A DNA stretch of 64,000 nt, taken from the NCBI RefSeq assembly GCF_964204645.1, contig NC_134025.1, forward strand, positions 22,920,299-22,984,298, written 5' to 3'. The position numbers and the translations under genes were made by a program. This stretch comes from Tubulanus polymorphus (lineage: Eukaryota; Animalia; Nemertea). Below, piece by piece: positions 34,717 through 48,360 of the stretch. Under the pieces are notes generated by a model. That model did not search any database. It worked only from the letters and a program-made list of their open reading frames with translations, and was not told the DNA's origin. Each line of letters opens with the position of its first letter. The stretch's first letter is position 1.

Positions 34717-37700
34717 TTATGAAGCTGCACCCGTTATACTATTTACAGATGTCATACTTTGATTGCTTCTCATTCTACTCGGAGGGTTTGGCCCTTGCTG
34801 TTGACTTGCGCCGTATTCCTCTCCACTTCGATCCTAAAGAATTTGCAAATAAATCATGATTGAATATTTCACTGGATATGTACAATCAATAAAACAATTT
34901 TTGGACTTTGAATTTTAAGACATAAGATCATATATTTTCAGCGATTCTTATTTCTAGAATAATGTAAACTAGACAGCACACTGTATAGCTATGATAAAAA
35001 CTGGTCAACAAAAAGTGCAAAATATTGAAAATATGTGCATGTACATATAACATGTACCGCTACAATATATGGCACATGCACATTATTTTCAATATAAAAA
35101 CTAACCCAAAACTATTAAGAGACTTCGAACTTGAGAGAATAAAGGAGATATGTCTAACAAAAAAACAAAATTCAGCTTGGTGACAAAAGTAGTGATTATG
35201 TACTGTACTGTATCATTCAAGATATGATATCAAGCTAAAAAGTGCATTATATCCAGTAACAATGAACCCTTAACCGGTTTGAAGTCACAACTTAGTGATA
35301 TTTCCATTTAGTCCAAATCTGCGACATTCTCATTTTCCATTTTCATCTTTGGATTTTTCAAGCGTTATCGACCTCTGCAGACTAGAAACTTGTACTTACG
35401 TCTGTTTCAACTTTGCTTGAGAGGACATTGGTTGGCCCAGCTCAGTTTTATCAGAGAAGTGTAAACTTCTGTGGTTTTATGTACGGTACTGACAAATCTT
35501 ACTCAGCCAGGCCACCCAACGGAATGTCAAGCGAAGTAGAAAGAGGCATTAATATGTCAAAAACTTCCTAATTCATCCAGAAGGACAGTTTAGGTCAAAC
35601 CGGTTAAGGGGTAAAGCCATTTTCGGCCAGTGTGTTTTATGAAGAAAAATAGAATAATTTTAGGCTTCGGAGGAGCGTGATACATACAAATTATCTTCTT
35701 GGATCTAGAATACACACATACAAACAAATTATGACACCAAAATTGTACAGCCATTGAAAAAACAAAATAAAGCTACAACCAAACTAATTAACATAAAAAC
35801 AAACCACATGCCACAACTTATTTTCATCACAACATCAACAAATGAATACAATGAATTATTTACCAAAACCACGATGAAAATTTAAGTGATGAATGGTTTA
35901 AAATTTAAAAAGACATACAGTACACAATGATAAAATTGGCTTACCAATCCAGCCTGTAAAATGGAAAAGAGTTCATTTAATCGTAATCATATGTACAAAT
36001 GAAAAGAAGTGATTTCTAAGGAAGCTGACAGTGCAAATCATATAATTTTATTTCAAATCAGTTAGATCAAAATTTATGGGAGCATCTTAGGGACATCAGA
36101 GAAAAAAATAAAAACGATTTATCGACTTGATTGTTTTCAAAATGATTTATCTGTAACTTCAAAACTTTTTGTTGTTTTGAAAAAAGTTGAAGTTGCCGAA
36201 AAATCGTTTTGAAAAAAATAGTCACAGATAAATCTAGGAAGAAAAAATAATGTCACCACAAGGGAATCGTATTGAAATTTTTTTCATGTCCCCTCGATGC
36301 TTCCATATAGATTTGCAAGTAATTCTTACGGGAAACGATAATACCGATACTAATACTTTTTAAGTTTGGTACAATGAACATATATAAGGTCCAGTGCTTT
36401 AATATTCTATGCTTGTGAGACCATACCTTCGGTTTTAGCGAAGAAGCTCCTAAAGTACATTGGCTCGCATACTGATTCCATCGAAAGCATTTGACTCGTT
36501 GCTTTTACTTATTAATGATATGAGTCTGGGACTTCTATATTAGGAATTAGATGTAACAGAATTAGTGGGTTACAAGAAAAGCGCTAGTTTGCAACTAGGT
36601 TTACAAGACCCGACACCTACCGTGAATTCTTCCAACTGAAATTATCATCATCAAATGACAAGAAGAAAATAAAGCTTATGTAAAAAATAGTTGAATGGAT
36701 TTTTCAAAAGTGAAGAAGAATTTTTTAATGAAATAACACTGAAGGTTAAATACAATGTATCTATAACAATCACAGGATTTGGAAACATTAGAAAAAAGCC
36801 AATTACCAATAGAAAGGAGGGAAGTAAAGATTTAACAACCAATTTTAGCCACATTTAAAGTACATGTATAAATCATGCATCCCACAACACATAAGAGATA
36901 GGCTAGTTAGATTGTTAAGAGATTTAGATATTCATTAGATAAAACCTACCCGCCATTTAACTCCTTCGGTCAATGAGAACGTCATACTACCAACAGGTGC
37001 ATCTGGTAATTTGGGCAGTTTGAAGTCATGTGTTGGTGCAGGCATAGTCTCAAACATTTCTAGTCTTTTACGTAGAAGTTTCTGACGTTTTGTCACTTAT
37101 AGAAATCAAAGAAAAGACGATCTCCAATAATCTGAAGCTAGCACGAAATCACCTGAGATATGATTTCCTACTTACATGGTCGCTTATTTGGATCTTCTGG
37201 TGGTGTATATTGTTTCTTAAATCCGGCCCAATATGGCAATAACTCTTTAAATACAAGGTACTGGGCTTCATCAAACAGATTCGGTGTAATCTCCTTTCCT
37301 TGGGCATAACGCTGAGCAGTTTTGACCATCTTTTGGTGTAGATCAGGAGGTACATCAATCTACATCAAGATGAAATACTGGTAATCAATTTTCAAGATAT
37401 TTTATCAGATATTCTATAATCAATATTTGAAGATACAAATGTAGAATCTTTCAGCCAGAGTTCTGCTTGCGTTTGCTCATCTAGAATTTTAAATCTTTGT
37501 ATGAAATATCTCAATTTCTTTTACCTGCAAAGGAGGCGGATAGGCTGAATCCAAAAATGTGTCACTGATCGCCTGTACTTTTTTCCTCATGAGCTCCTCA
37601 TTAGCAAATTCATGACTGCATTCCTGAAATTGCGAAACAAAGGACATGAATTCATTGAAAATACTTGAAATCATGATCCCATTAATTCAGAAATCCACCT

Positions 37701-40700
37701 TGAACTTTTGAACTTCTATGTAGAAAATAAGATCTTTGTCCAGCATCGGGAAGCCATCCTCTTCACCCCATCTTTGCAGGTAACGATAATAGAATAGCAT
37801 ATGTAGTGGAAGATGGCCCATCGCAGACTGATTCAGCGATAACAGAAAATCGATTTTATCCTCTTTGGATGGTTGTGCTCGGCCACCAGCCTGGAAAATT
37901 GATTCAAAATTTTGATGAAACTCTTATCTTATTTACTTAATGGATAGTTTGAGCATTATATAGATAGTGTAATCACAACAGAAACAGAAAAAGAACAGTA
38001 TCATCCACTACTAACACCTGAAAGATAACAGTTTATGATTTAATGATAAATAAAAGGTATACTGGTGAATTAAGGTACATCTACATATAAAGCATGTCAT
38101 ATCAGAATCGCTTCTTTGAGGTGGCAAATCATTCTGCATAGTATTTGCATCATATTCTACATACATTTATTAGGTTTGTTAACATCAGCATAATCATAAA
38201 ATCAATTGTTAGATTATAGTATCTAATAAATAGTATCGATAGAAAATCACAATTACAGGTAGTAATGATACCGTACATACATGTGACGTTTCAGTTGAAT
38301 TGAAACATAATAATCAAGAATCATACAGAGGTGGTTCCACTGTACCAGATATCAAAGTCTATGGTTAAGGTAAACTTCCTTTCCTGAAACATGACATAAG
38401 TTGATGTGAAGGTATATTTGGAATTAAAAAGCTTGTGACGGTCTGTGATTATATAGTAGCTGTGATCGGAGGTGTTCGGCGGGTGAATTCTTGCACAGGA
38501 TAAGCGTATTTCCATCGCTGTTACCTTCTTTTTCTTCTTTTTCTTTTTCTTACTGCGGGACGTTTCTGCCCCAGATGGCGCGTCCACGACCACGGGTTGA
38601 TCCTCGGAACCGAGGACGGATTCGGACAGTTTGCTGCCCGATCGGTGCAGGGAGATTTTGCTGTCAGACTTAGAAAGCATCTTAGAATCCCTTTTTACCA
38701 GAGCGGGCTGAGATGAACTGAGTAGCGATGAAGAGGCAGATAGGAAAGTTGAATCCTACACCAAATAGATAAAATATCGTATGTAGTAAAAAGACGAAAA
38801 AAAATCTACCCCAAAACGCATTTTGTTGGCGTTTAAATTCTTGTTGTACGTGTACCGAAATGTCTTATTAAATGTAGTTGTAGTTGTTGTTTGCTAGAAT
38901 GAAAATGATTACAACATATTCATAGACCAATTACATATCTAAAAGATCATCTTGTAGATGCGCATCTACCGGTATATCAAAGTTTAAGACTACATCTACT
39001 ACAATTACTGGACAGTGGGATGATTTCTAAGCTACAGACGTACTAGTGTACAACAAACACACAATGAGTACTGAAAAGAGAAGCAATGACAGGCCTGTCA
39101 ATTCAAATTAAAAAAAATTTAAAATAACAGTTATATCTACACTAAATCAAAGAATGTGTTAATAGTGGAGCTAAAGTTTATCTAGAGAATGTTTTTCATA
39201 ATAGGCATGGCAGTGATAGGCCTGTATTTCATAAGCAAAAATTATGTTCAGGTGTAATTTCAGTATAGATTGTGAGACATCACAAACTGGATAGAATATT
39301 CAGAATATTTTGCAATGCCTCATAGATCATAGCAGCAATTAACATTAAAGTACAGACAACGTAAACCTACGTATTCACCACCAATCTTTTCTCCTTTCTA
39401 TGTCAGGAAAGCCAGAAATAAAACGAAATTTCAGTATGAGCACTTGATAGACATGACGTTTCCATTACTAAAGTAATTTGGCAGCTAATAAATGAAAGGT
39501 TTTTGTACCACTACTAGAGCTTCATACTTTACCATTGAACTAGAAGAATGATTGTTAGAATTTTCTTAAAACAAGTTAAGACATTGATACATAATGAATA
39601 TTAGGACACACTCAGCATAGAATTGTGTTAGCTTCCGGGGATGGCAGCTATCGGGAGTACGTAACATGTACCTTAAACATCTCACTGGATGTCATATTTT
39701 CAGCTAGTTCATCCAGATCAATACCTATCAGATCTGGATCACCTCGAAAAGTTACCCCAAATAACTGAAAACAGAGGCCATAACGATGAGCCACATATGA
39801 AAGATGAGAGTGTTAGCTCAACCAAAAAAGAGTCAATCACAGGAGACTTTTGTCATGTTTGATCGTGGGGTCAAGAATCATTGACTACTCATTAAGGTGG
39901 AAATCCACTATCAAACATAAGTGAAGGCCTTCATGACACACAGAGTCAATCAGTGAAATTAATTGAATCCAACACGAATTAGATTTCAAACAAATATATA
40001 TGTAAAAGCATCCATCAAAATGATTAGTATACATTATTAGTATACACTGTAGAAAAATCACAATATTTCGAAAAGCCACTCATATATTTCAATACCAAAA
40101 AAAAGGTCTTGAAGATATACCAATTTCAATTAATTTTCAAGAAAACTTATTGATCAAAACTTGAGATGATAATAAATATGAAGTCTTTCTCCTACCTTTC
40201 TCATGCGTCGATTTTTGCCACCGGCTTTCAAATCAGTGTCACCGAGTTTCATGGCGAGTTCACTCGCAGATAGATGAGCAATGTCTTCAGCTGTGATTCC
40301 CATTTGTTCAACTTGTGTCTGAAATGAACAAAAGATCTAGATCATTTGTGCACAGAAATGTCCAAACCCGAAAAATTACTTTGCACGGATGCTTGAAATA
40401 CCGGGTATATAGGAAGTGAGGGGTGACAATTGGAAAAACCACCAACAAAATTGCAACAACTTTTCAGCATCTTAATCAAACAACAAAATGTACCGGGTAC
40501 CAATATCTATTCACAAAAACATGTATCACAACATATAAGAAATAAGAAAAACTATATCAAGTACATTAATGTGATAATTGTGTACATGTGCATCACATAG
40601 AAACACCTTTCTTTTATGAATTCTGATTTTCTGCAAACTCTTCCCTTCCTAAATGGAGGATTAAGAAAATAAACTTTGACCAATGACTACATGACTGTAA

Positions 40701-43700
40701 ACTGCACATCACGCTATAGTGTGGAAATTTGATATTCTAGACATGAATGTTGCAGTGTCTCTTACCTGCCAAAACTCTTTGAATGCATCTTCAATGAGTG
40801 GTAGAATAAAGCTGTGAGTTTCTCGTAAAGTTGGTGACCTAGGTCTTTCCTTCTCTACACCGAGTCGTGCCGTAATTCGGTCAGTTAACGTTACAGCTTT
40901 TTTACTTTTGGGGTCGAAATACGTCCTAATTATCAAATCGATACAGAAATATATGAATATACCAGGTAGATAAGAAGTTCACACACTACATTGACAATGT
41001 TAGGTCATATTAGATTAGGGGTCCATGGACACCATGCCCACTGAGGAAGCGGGCTAACAACAAAAGTGTGATATATAAGTAAAGAAGTGAAATATCAAAG
41101 ATTCATGCATCTTTAAACAACTTAGTTTATCAGTGGTCAGAATCTATAACGATATTTTTACTTACTCTGGTTGTAAAGCAGGTGAAGGACTAAGACAGAA
41201 TGATATAGTTTGATACATCATACTAAATGCATGGGGTCTAATATTAGTTTTATCATTAATTCAGTAAATTATCCTTTGAAAATATTAATACATGTACCTA
41301 TTTAGTGTGATGAACTTACTTAAAGATTAATGTTGCTTGAACATCCTTCTTGTGTTTGGCACCCACACCATTGATCACTTGGTAATTATGCAGCTCGTGG
41401 AATAAATTGATCATATTCACTAGATCTTTCCTTTCTTGTTGATCACTCAAGTATTTCTTAAAAATCGCCATTAGACTAAATAGAAATTTCAAAATACATA
41501 ACCGTAACTGAAATTTCAATAGCCTGCGATACCTATTTGAAATATGCATTGTACATACCCTTTATTTTTTGACATATTTACAAATGTTACAGGCTTTTTT
41601 TGTTTGTTCGCTCCGTCACCTTCCTCGTTCCCATCGACTTCGGCATAATAGTCCGGTTCACCTTTACCTTCTTCCTCATTCTCGACTTCTTCGATCTGCA
41701 AGATTGAAAACATCGAGTCAAAATTCCAGACTAATACTATTGTATAAACTTCACTTTCTTTGCTTACAGTTTCTGGTTTGTTTTTGGCCAATTTCATTTC
41801 TTTTAATCGCTGTCTCGCAGCTCTCACAGCTTTCCTTCTTTCTTTCTCCATAATGCGTCTCTTTTCGATAGCTTTCTTCCTTCGTAATTCTCTCTCTGTA
41901 GAGTCGATGCTTTCTTGAGCTGACATTAACATAGCTCTATTAGAATTTGTCATTCTGTAAATATGAAATTGATTAAAAAGATTCATTTGTTGGTCTACAT
42001 TTAAACTTAAAATCTTCCATTCAAATCCTGCATTCAGTATACCTTTTGATAGGTCTTCGCACAATGATCCTCCCATCTTGGACAAATACTTCTATATCAT
42101 CTGCGGTACCAGGAGGTCCTTGTGTATCACGATGACTAACTGAACACCTGGAATATTCAATCATTCTAGACTATCAGCATAGGCCCCCGAGTCGCTAGCA
42201 TCTTTCAGGCAGAGAATTTGTATGTACTTACTCGAGAAACGTTTTCAGGTCCTCTTTTAAATAACGTATCCAGGATTGCTCCAACAAATCAACTGCATGG
42301 TTTTTGGCGGAATCAAATAACGTAGCGGAAACAAAATCTTTGGTATTAATGAGAATGCTGTAGATATTGTTTCTTTCAGCTTCAGTAGCACCTAAAAAAA
42401 GAATATTGTCATGTATCAACTAAACTAGTGTTTCATCGATACCATGCGCACTTGGTGAAATTCTCGACAATCTGAACAAATACAGTTATCAATAAACTTG
42501 AAATTCACCACAATAACAGAACTTGTCATGAGTTACAATTTTGCAATTGATCGTGATTAGAAAATACGCTTAGTACCAATATTTCTGGAAATACCATGTG
42601 TTATTCATACATATAAAGAAACCAATGACCTTCAAAGTCACCATATTCAAAGAGCATGTCATTTGATAACAATTTTGCAATTGGTTGTAGTAACAAAATA
42701 TAAGACTGAATTACATTGCATTACTGGTAATACACTTCCATCAATTCATGTCTTACCGATATTGAATATACTGTCACTAGCGATGTATTTGTTGTAGATA
42801 TCCCAGGCATGAACCATTCTCAACAGGCGATCTGCAGACCGATCTTCTGCCATACCATACTCAGTTACATCTTGCCAAAACATCATATTCGAGAGGAGTT
42901 GCATATCTTTGCTGATATAGATAATGGAAAGATATTATCAATCAACAATCAGCAAAGCCATTGAATTCATGTGTGACAAGATTACATACATTTTCTCTAG
43001 GTAGGAATTAAACGGGCCGCCAGCTGCTTTATCAGAAGTAAGTGCCAGCACCAAAATCTCCTGAATTGTCCTAGAAAAAGCAAGTTAACAGGTAAGTGAA
43101 ATAAAAGAAGTTCTTCAAAAATTGTAACGTGTAATGAATGTTCTTTACCTTGTTGGAGTGATAACTTGAGTTTCATAATCTTCCTTACTTTTCCTCTTAG
43201 CTGACTTGATACGACTATCTAACTTTCGTCCAGCTTGACTGATGAAATCCCATTTCATTGTTTTAACAATGCTCAGTATATCATCCGGTTTCACAGGTAT
43301 GGAATTCACAAGGGAAATCGATGGAAACAGTACTGACAGACGACTTTCAGGCCTTGATTTATCCATATCGTTTTCTAAGTAAAGCCTGAGAAAGAAGAAC
43401 ATAACGATTTAGTCTATAATGAACTTGATTTGCAGTTGAATATTTCATGGGGCTGTTCATTCGTAGGGCAAAATATCTCTTGTTACAACTTTGGTTTACG
43501 GTTTATCCTGCAGATAATTCTAATTTTGTCAAAAAGGACCCGAAGATGTTATGGTATGTGTGAAATGAATATTATACCCTAGAAACCTACCCAAAACCAT
43601 CAACTCTTCCTTTGTGTATTATGAATCTTGGTACCCAATATGCCCGTAGTCTTCGTAGTACATCGTATTGAGTTCGAATGAATATTGTGTGACTCAAATT

Positions 43701-46700
43701 TGCGTTGGAGGCAGCTTTCAACATCTGTTCCTGAGCATCGTTCGTAAAATTCAAACGATATCTATCTTTGATATCCCTGAATTTAAAATCATTGATTGAA
43801 ATATATCAGGAAATAAATGGTTACTAACATACGATATACTCTTGAACTGTATAGTAACTAATAGTTACCTGAACAATCTATTTCTTGTAGCGACATTTCG
43901 AATTTCATCAAAATCTTCCATTGAGTCTTTATAGAACTCGCAATCCAACCAGTAATCCGCCATCTTTTTTCCAGCTGTTCCAGAGAGGAAGTTGAAAAAT
44001 TCTCTCAGCCCAACAGCCTAACACGAAGTAAGAAATCAAGGAATCAATGAAATAAACGGGGAATTGTCATTTCTGTACCAGGGACTTACAGAACCAAGTG
44101 CCTCTTCTTTCATTTGCTGATAAGTCATTTGATGTTTGCCTTCCAGGTTTTTCATGGCTTCCTCTGTTTGCTCCTCATTAGCAGCAGCATCTTCTCCAAA
44201 CGAGACGTATGCTTGATCATTGTCAAGTTCATCTTCGCCAAACAGAAAGTCAAAGTCTTTGTATGGTGGTTGCTTTTGAAATTCTTCATAGTTGACTGGC
44301 GCAGATAGAGCCCTAACATGAAAATAGAACACTCAATGTGGTAAAAAGATTCACAGAGGCACATTAGAGTCTTGAATAGGTTAAACATTTACCTATGAGG
44401 TTCTTGTTGGAATTTAACTGATGTAGTGTCTCCAGAAGCTTTTGGTCGTTTGGTTTTGAAGTGTGACTTTTCAAGGCTACTAGAGGTATCTGAATTTACT
44501 GAATTAAGACAACAGACCATTAATAGATTGTTTTGGAATGAATATACTTTTGATTAGTTCATCTATCTTTACTTACAAGAATCTTCGTGAATCGACACTA
44601 ATGTTTCGTGGCGACTGAATGTAACATCTTTTGATTCTTTACTGTTTTGACTGAGACCATTACTATATGGAGAATCGCCCATTCCCAGCTGCAGTTGTGT
44701 GTTGTGCCTATCAAAACAATACAATAAGTATATGAGATTCATAGTTCAGGTATAGATTCAATATGAGGATAGAGGGTAAGCGGCTTACCATTTAATAAGA
44801 TTCGTTTTCTTTGATTCAGTCAAACCAGTTGGCATACTGCCCTGGCTGTAACCCTGCTCTGTTGTAGTAGTGGTAGATGTGAATCCAGTTGAGGTGTAAT
44901 TACTGGAAAACTCTGGAGACAAACATTTCCAGTTCATTAAGCAAGGCAATCTAATTTTCAAGTATACCAGGTAGACAATTTAACCGGGCAATTAAACTGT
45001 TAAGATGAGAATACAAGCTATTTCTAAATGCCAAAACCAAACTGTTTAAAAACAAAAGAAAAGCTTGTTTACTTGTATCAAACTTTAGACCAGCGATGGA
45101 CATATTCACATAATTTTTGCAAGCTTTATACTTTTTCACATAAGTTAATTAAATATGATCCATACTTTTGCTTCATGAAACAAGTTCTGAGCCTGTCCTC
45201 GAAACTTACCCCCTTGTAGGATGGGCAAACTCAGTGCTCGACTTCCAGGTCTTTGATATCTGAAGAGTTCCGCGCGATAGTCGCTCCATGAAAATTCATC
45301 GGCATCATGGGCTGCGCTGTTACTGAGACTGGACAGGTAACTACCCGTCTGTCTGCTGTAGCCTCTTATATTACGGCTGCTACCCCTACTGGCCGAATAC
45401 CGATCATCCAGCGGTCGCAGCAATAGTTTACTCAGTTTGAATTCCCGAAATAATTTCGTTCTGAGAAATAAAACACAAGAAAAATTGACTTTAGTTACAT
45501 GCATTTATATACTGGACCTTCCTGGGGACTAAGCTAACATTTTCATAAGGCAGAATTCATCAAAAAGGAAATAGGGTACTGTATGTCGTATCTGAGCAGC
45601 TAGAGGCCCCCAGTAATATTCAGGGGTCAATATGGATGCTGTGACAAGGCCGATGATTTAAAGCACGTCGCGCTGATTGCCAACATTTTGTGCTGATAAA
45701 TAATTCAACCACAAACTGAAATAATCGGCATATCGCATGTCTCCGGTGATAAAACTAATCAACTACCGGGTACAGCTTAAATCTAATGAATAATACAATA
45801 CTGTTATATAAATCTGAATCTAGTTTTAAAAATCGAACGCTGTTTATTTTCTCTTACTTCATAAACAGAGGTAATCGCTCGTCTTTAGCCCATTCTAACT
45901 GCTGCTCTCGCTCGTCATCAGTCGCGCCATATAAAGGCGTCGTCATGCGACTTTGCGCTGATCCCGTTAGACTGTACGTCGTTCCCGGCACATTGCGGAA
46001 GTTTCCGGCCAGTCTGTCATACTGCAGAGGTTGTGGAAACGCCTAAAGAGAACGAACAGAACAAAAATCTTTGGCTATGAAAGAATTGCAGGAAAAATTT
46101 TTAGGAGACACTATAACTTGTTTCTTCCAACTACTTACAGGCAGTGCTAGAAATGCATTGAAATAATCCAGAAAAAGGTCGTCATAGGCTAATAAATCCT
46201 CAAGATTTTCTCCTGTTATGTCTAAACCTATAAGTGAAAGAATATTCTTTACCGATTTCAAATTGTCTCAATCGTTTAGCTCCATAGCAAAATGCATAAG
46301 TGTATATCTTAGGCCGACACTTTTTAATCAATAGATTTTCGATGCAAACATGGAAATATGATTTCAAAAGATTGACCCGAGACATACAATGCTAAACAGA
46401 CAAAATTGCAAGGTGTTAAACATTCTGAAATAACAAGTCACAATAAAATACTCCACAAACTGCTTTAAAAGATTTTACCGGGGAAACAGACCTTTCATTG
46501 TATTCTTTGTGTCGGCACTTCTATTAGAGGAAACGTATTCTTTCTAACATTTTACACCATTACTCCGCGATACAAGCAATCGTCTCTGGTATCCTTAAAC
46601 TGAAATCATATCCACTTATAATAGTCACTACACGTATGCAGTAGGCCTAACATGTTTACATGCTTCACAATCAGCACTGAGGAGAGGTTTAGTCAGCGGC

Positions 46701-47035
46701 AATGCTGTAGACATGGTGTAGTGATCTGCAAGTGGGATGTCACACAACAAAAATTTCCAATATTCGATAACTTGATTTTCATTACTAGGCTCACTAGAAT
46801 TTCTAATCGTTGAGTTAGGTTGTTTTGCAAGTGGTTAGCTTTTACTTAGTTTAGTAGGCATCGTTTCATATTGTATGTTTGTTAATATTTGTCACTTTAT
46901 AGATATTATATTGTATCTCTTTACCAGTATTGTTTTATTGTTGATGCTTGCTTGTTTATTTACAACCATATACTTTTGATTTATGATGAATAAAATGAAT
47001 TTGAATTATCCTACCTCCTCAAGGACATATGTCAT
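34717..47035 (-). CDS. RGS22: Regulator of G-protein signalling 22-like, large multi-exon protein with several RGS-like domains
   Basis: N-terminal DITGENLEDLLAYDDLFLDYFNAFLALP (46221-46139) and EWAKDERLPLFMK (46042-45858) resemble the RGS22 N-terminus. RGS-like segments include GLREFFNFLSGTAGKKMADYWLDCEFYK (~44000), LLSNMMFWQDVTEY (~42880) and KDLIFYIEVQKFK (~37720). Many phase-compatible GT-AG exons; last exon 34833-34717. The first exons (47035-47015, 46543-46492) are tentative. Confidence 0.75.
36076..36307. mobile_element. MITE-like element with imperfect TIRs in an RGS22-like intron
   Basis: TATGGGAGCATCTTAGGGACAT pairs with ATGTCCCCTCGATGCTTCCATA. Confidence 0.55.
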
Positions 47036-47466
47036 TTAACATTCAAGACATGTAAAACTGAGGTTGCTTACATTGGGTGCGATGATTACCAAGAGACGGT
47101 GCCGACATTGTGAACTTAATTGTGTGCTTAATCTAGTCGATGTAGAGACATTAATTCGTGAACAAACAGTTATATACTGTGCCACAGCACGTGCACTTTG
47201 TTTACATTGTCTATGACAGTTGCTAAGTATTAAATCGTAAACGGCAGCGCCAGAACATGGTTTAGTAAGGTCGAGTCCCAAATATTTTGAACTATTTGAT
47301 TTTTCGAATTCTCTCCTTAAAAATGTCAGCGATTTTTTCCGCGTATGATATTTTTCAGTATATCTAAAAAGTCTGGATAGTATCAGTAAATTGCATTTTT
47401 GCAGAATTAAATCATTTATACCAACAGCGCACCGGCTTCCGCATCACCGTTAGTTATCTAATTGTT

Positions 47467-47479
47467 GTTCCAAGGAAAC
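47467..47479. promoter_or_regulatory. X-box-like site upstream of the RGS22-like gene
   Basis: GTTCCAAGGAAAC lies about 430 bp upstream of the tentative ATG, next to a CCGGCTTCCGC patch. Confidence 0.3.
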
Positions 47480-48360
47480 TCTCACGGTGACTATAATAAT
47501 ACATATACATCCAACTTGTGTTTGTAGCATTCTATTTGGAGAGACCTTTAGGCGCGGCTTTTGGCAAAGAACTAGACTCGGCTTAAATCAATTGAATGCT
47601 ACGTATTACGTAAATACGACCGAGAATTACTGTTCACAATACTAAACGTTTTGCTAACTACTTTTCCTAGCATTTCCTGGAATGTTTTTACCGCAGCTCC
47701 GAAAACTAAATTAAATGCACATTCTCAACCTATTAGTGAATTCAGAACCATTTACTTGCAATAGTTTCTTGTTCTTATTAGATAAATAAGTTTTTAAAGT
47801 GGCATCATAATTGCAAACAAAAATATGGACTCTAAACAACGCTCGTGATATACATCAACTCTTAATAATTAGCACGCTTTCAATTGTTTGTGTTGGGTGG
47901 GGCTATTGTGTTGTGCGGCACCATCTGCAGATCTGAGCGCTCGACACACTGAGTCGTGTAAAGCCATTCCGTCGAAACAACCTCCCCAGTTGAAGCGAGC
48001 AGCATATCGGGGGTGGGAAACAAAGAACGGCGTGTATACCTAAATCATGGGACTATTGTTCTGGAGTTCGTGTTTACTGCTGCAATATATATTAGAGGTC
48101 TGGTAAAACTTCGGCCACAAGGTAATTCATTCATCGTTAGGTAAATTTTGATATTTACGAAAGGGTTTTCTCTACGGTGTTCAGCGATAGAAGCTGTCAT
48201 TGGCTTGCCCACTATCAACACCAGGTAAACAAAGGTCAGATATAAATATCAGCTGATTAGTAAGAATGTATTTATTCATATCAGTAATTATAAACACCAT
48301 TCTTTTCGATTTTGCGCGACTAAGGTATTTAATCATAACAAATGTCTACAGAAGGACAAA

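Noticed and set aside
36427-36534. Exon-like segment with AG/GT ends in an RGS22-like intron
   Set aside because: It has stops in all three frames, so it is not an internal coding exon.
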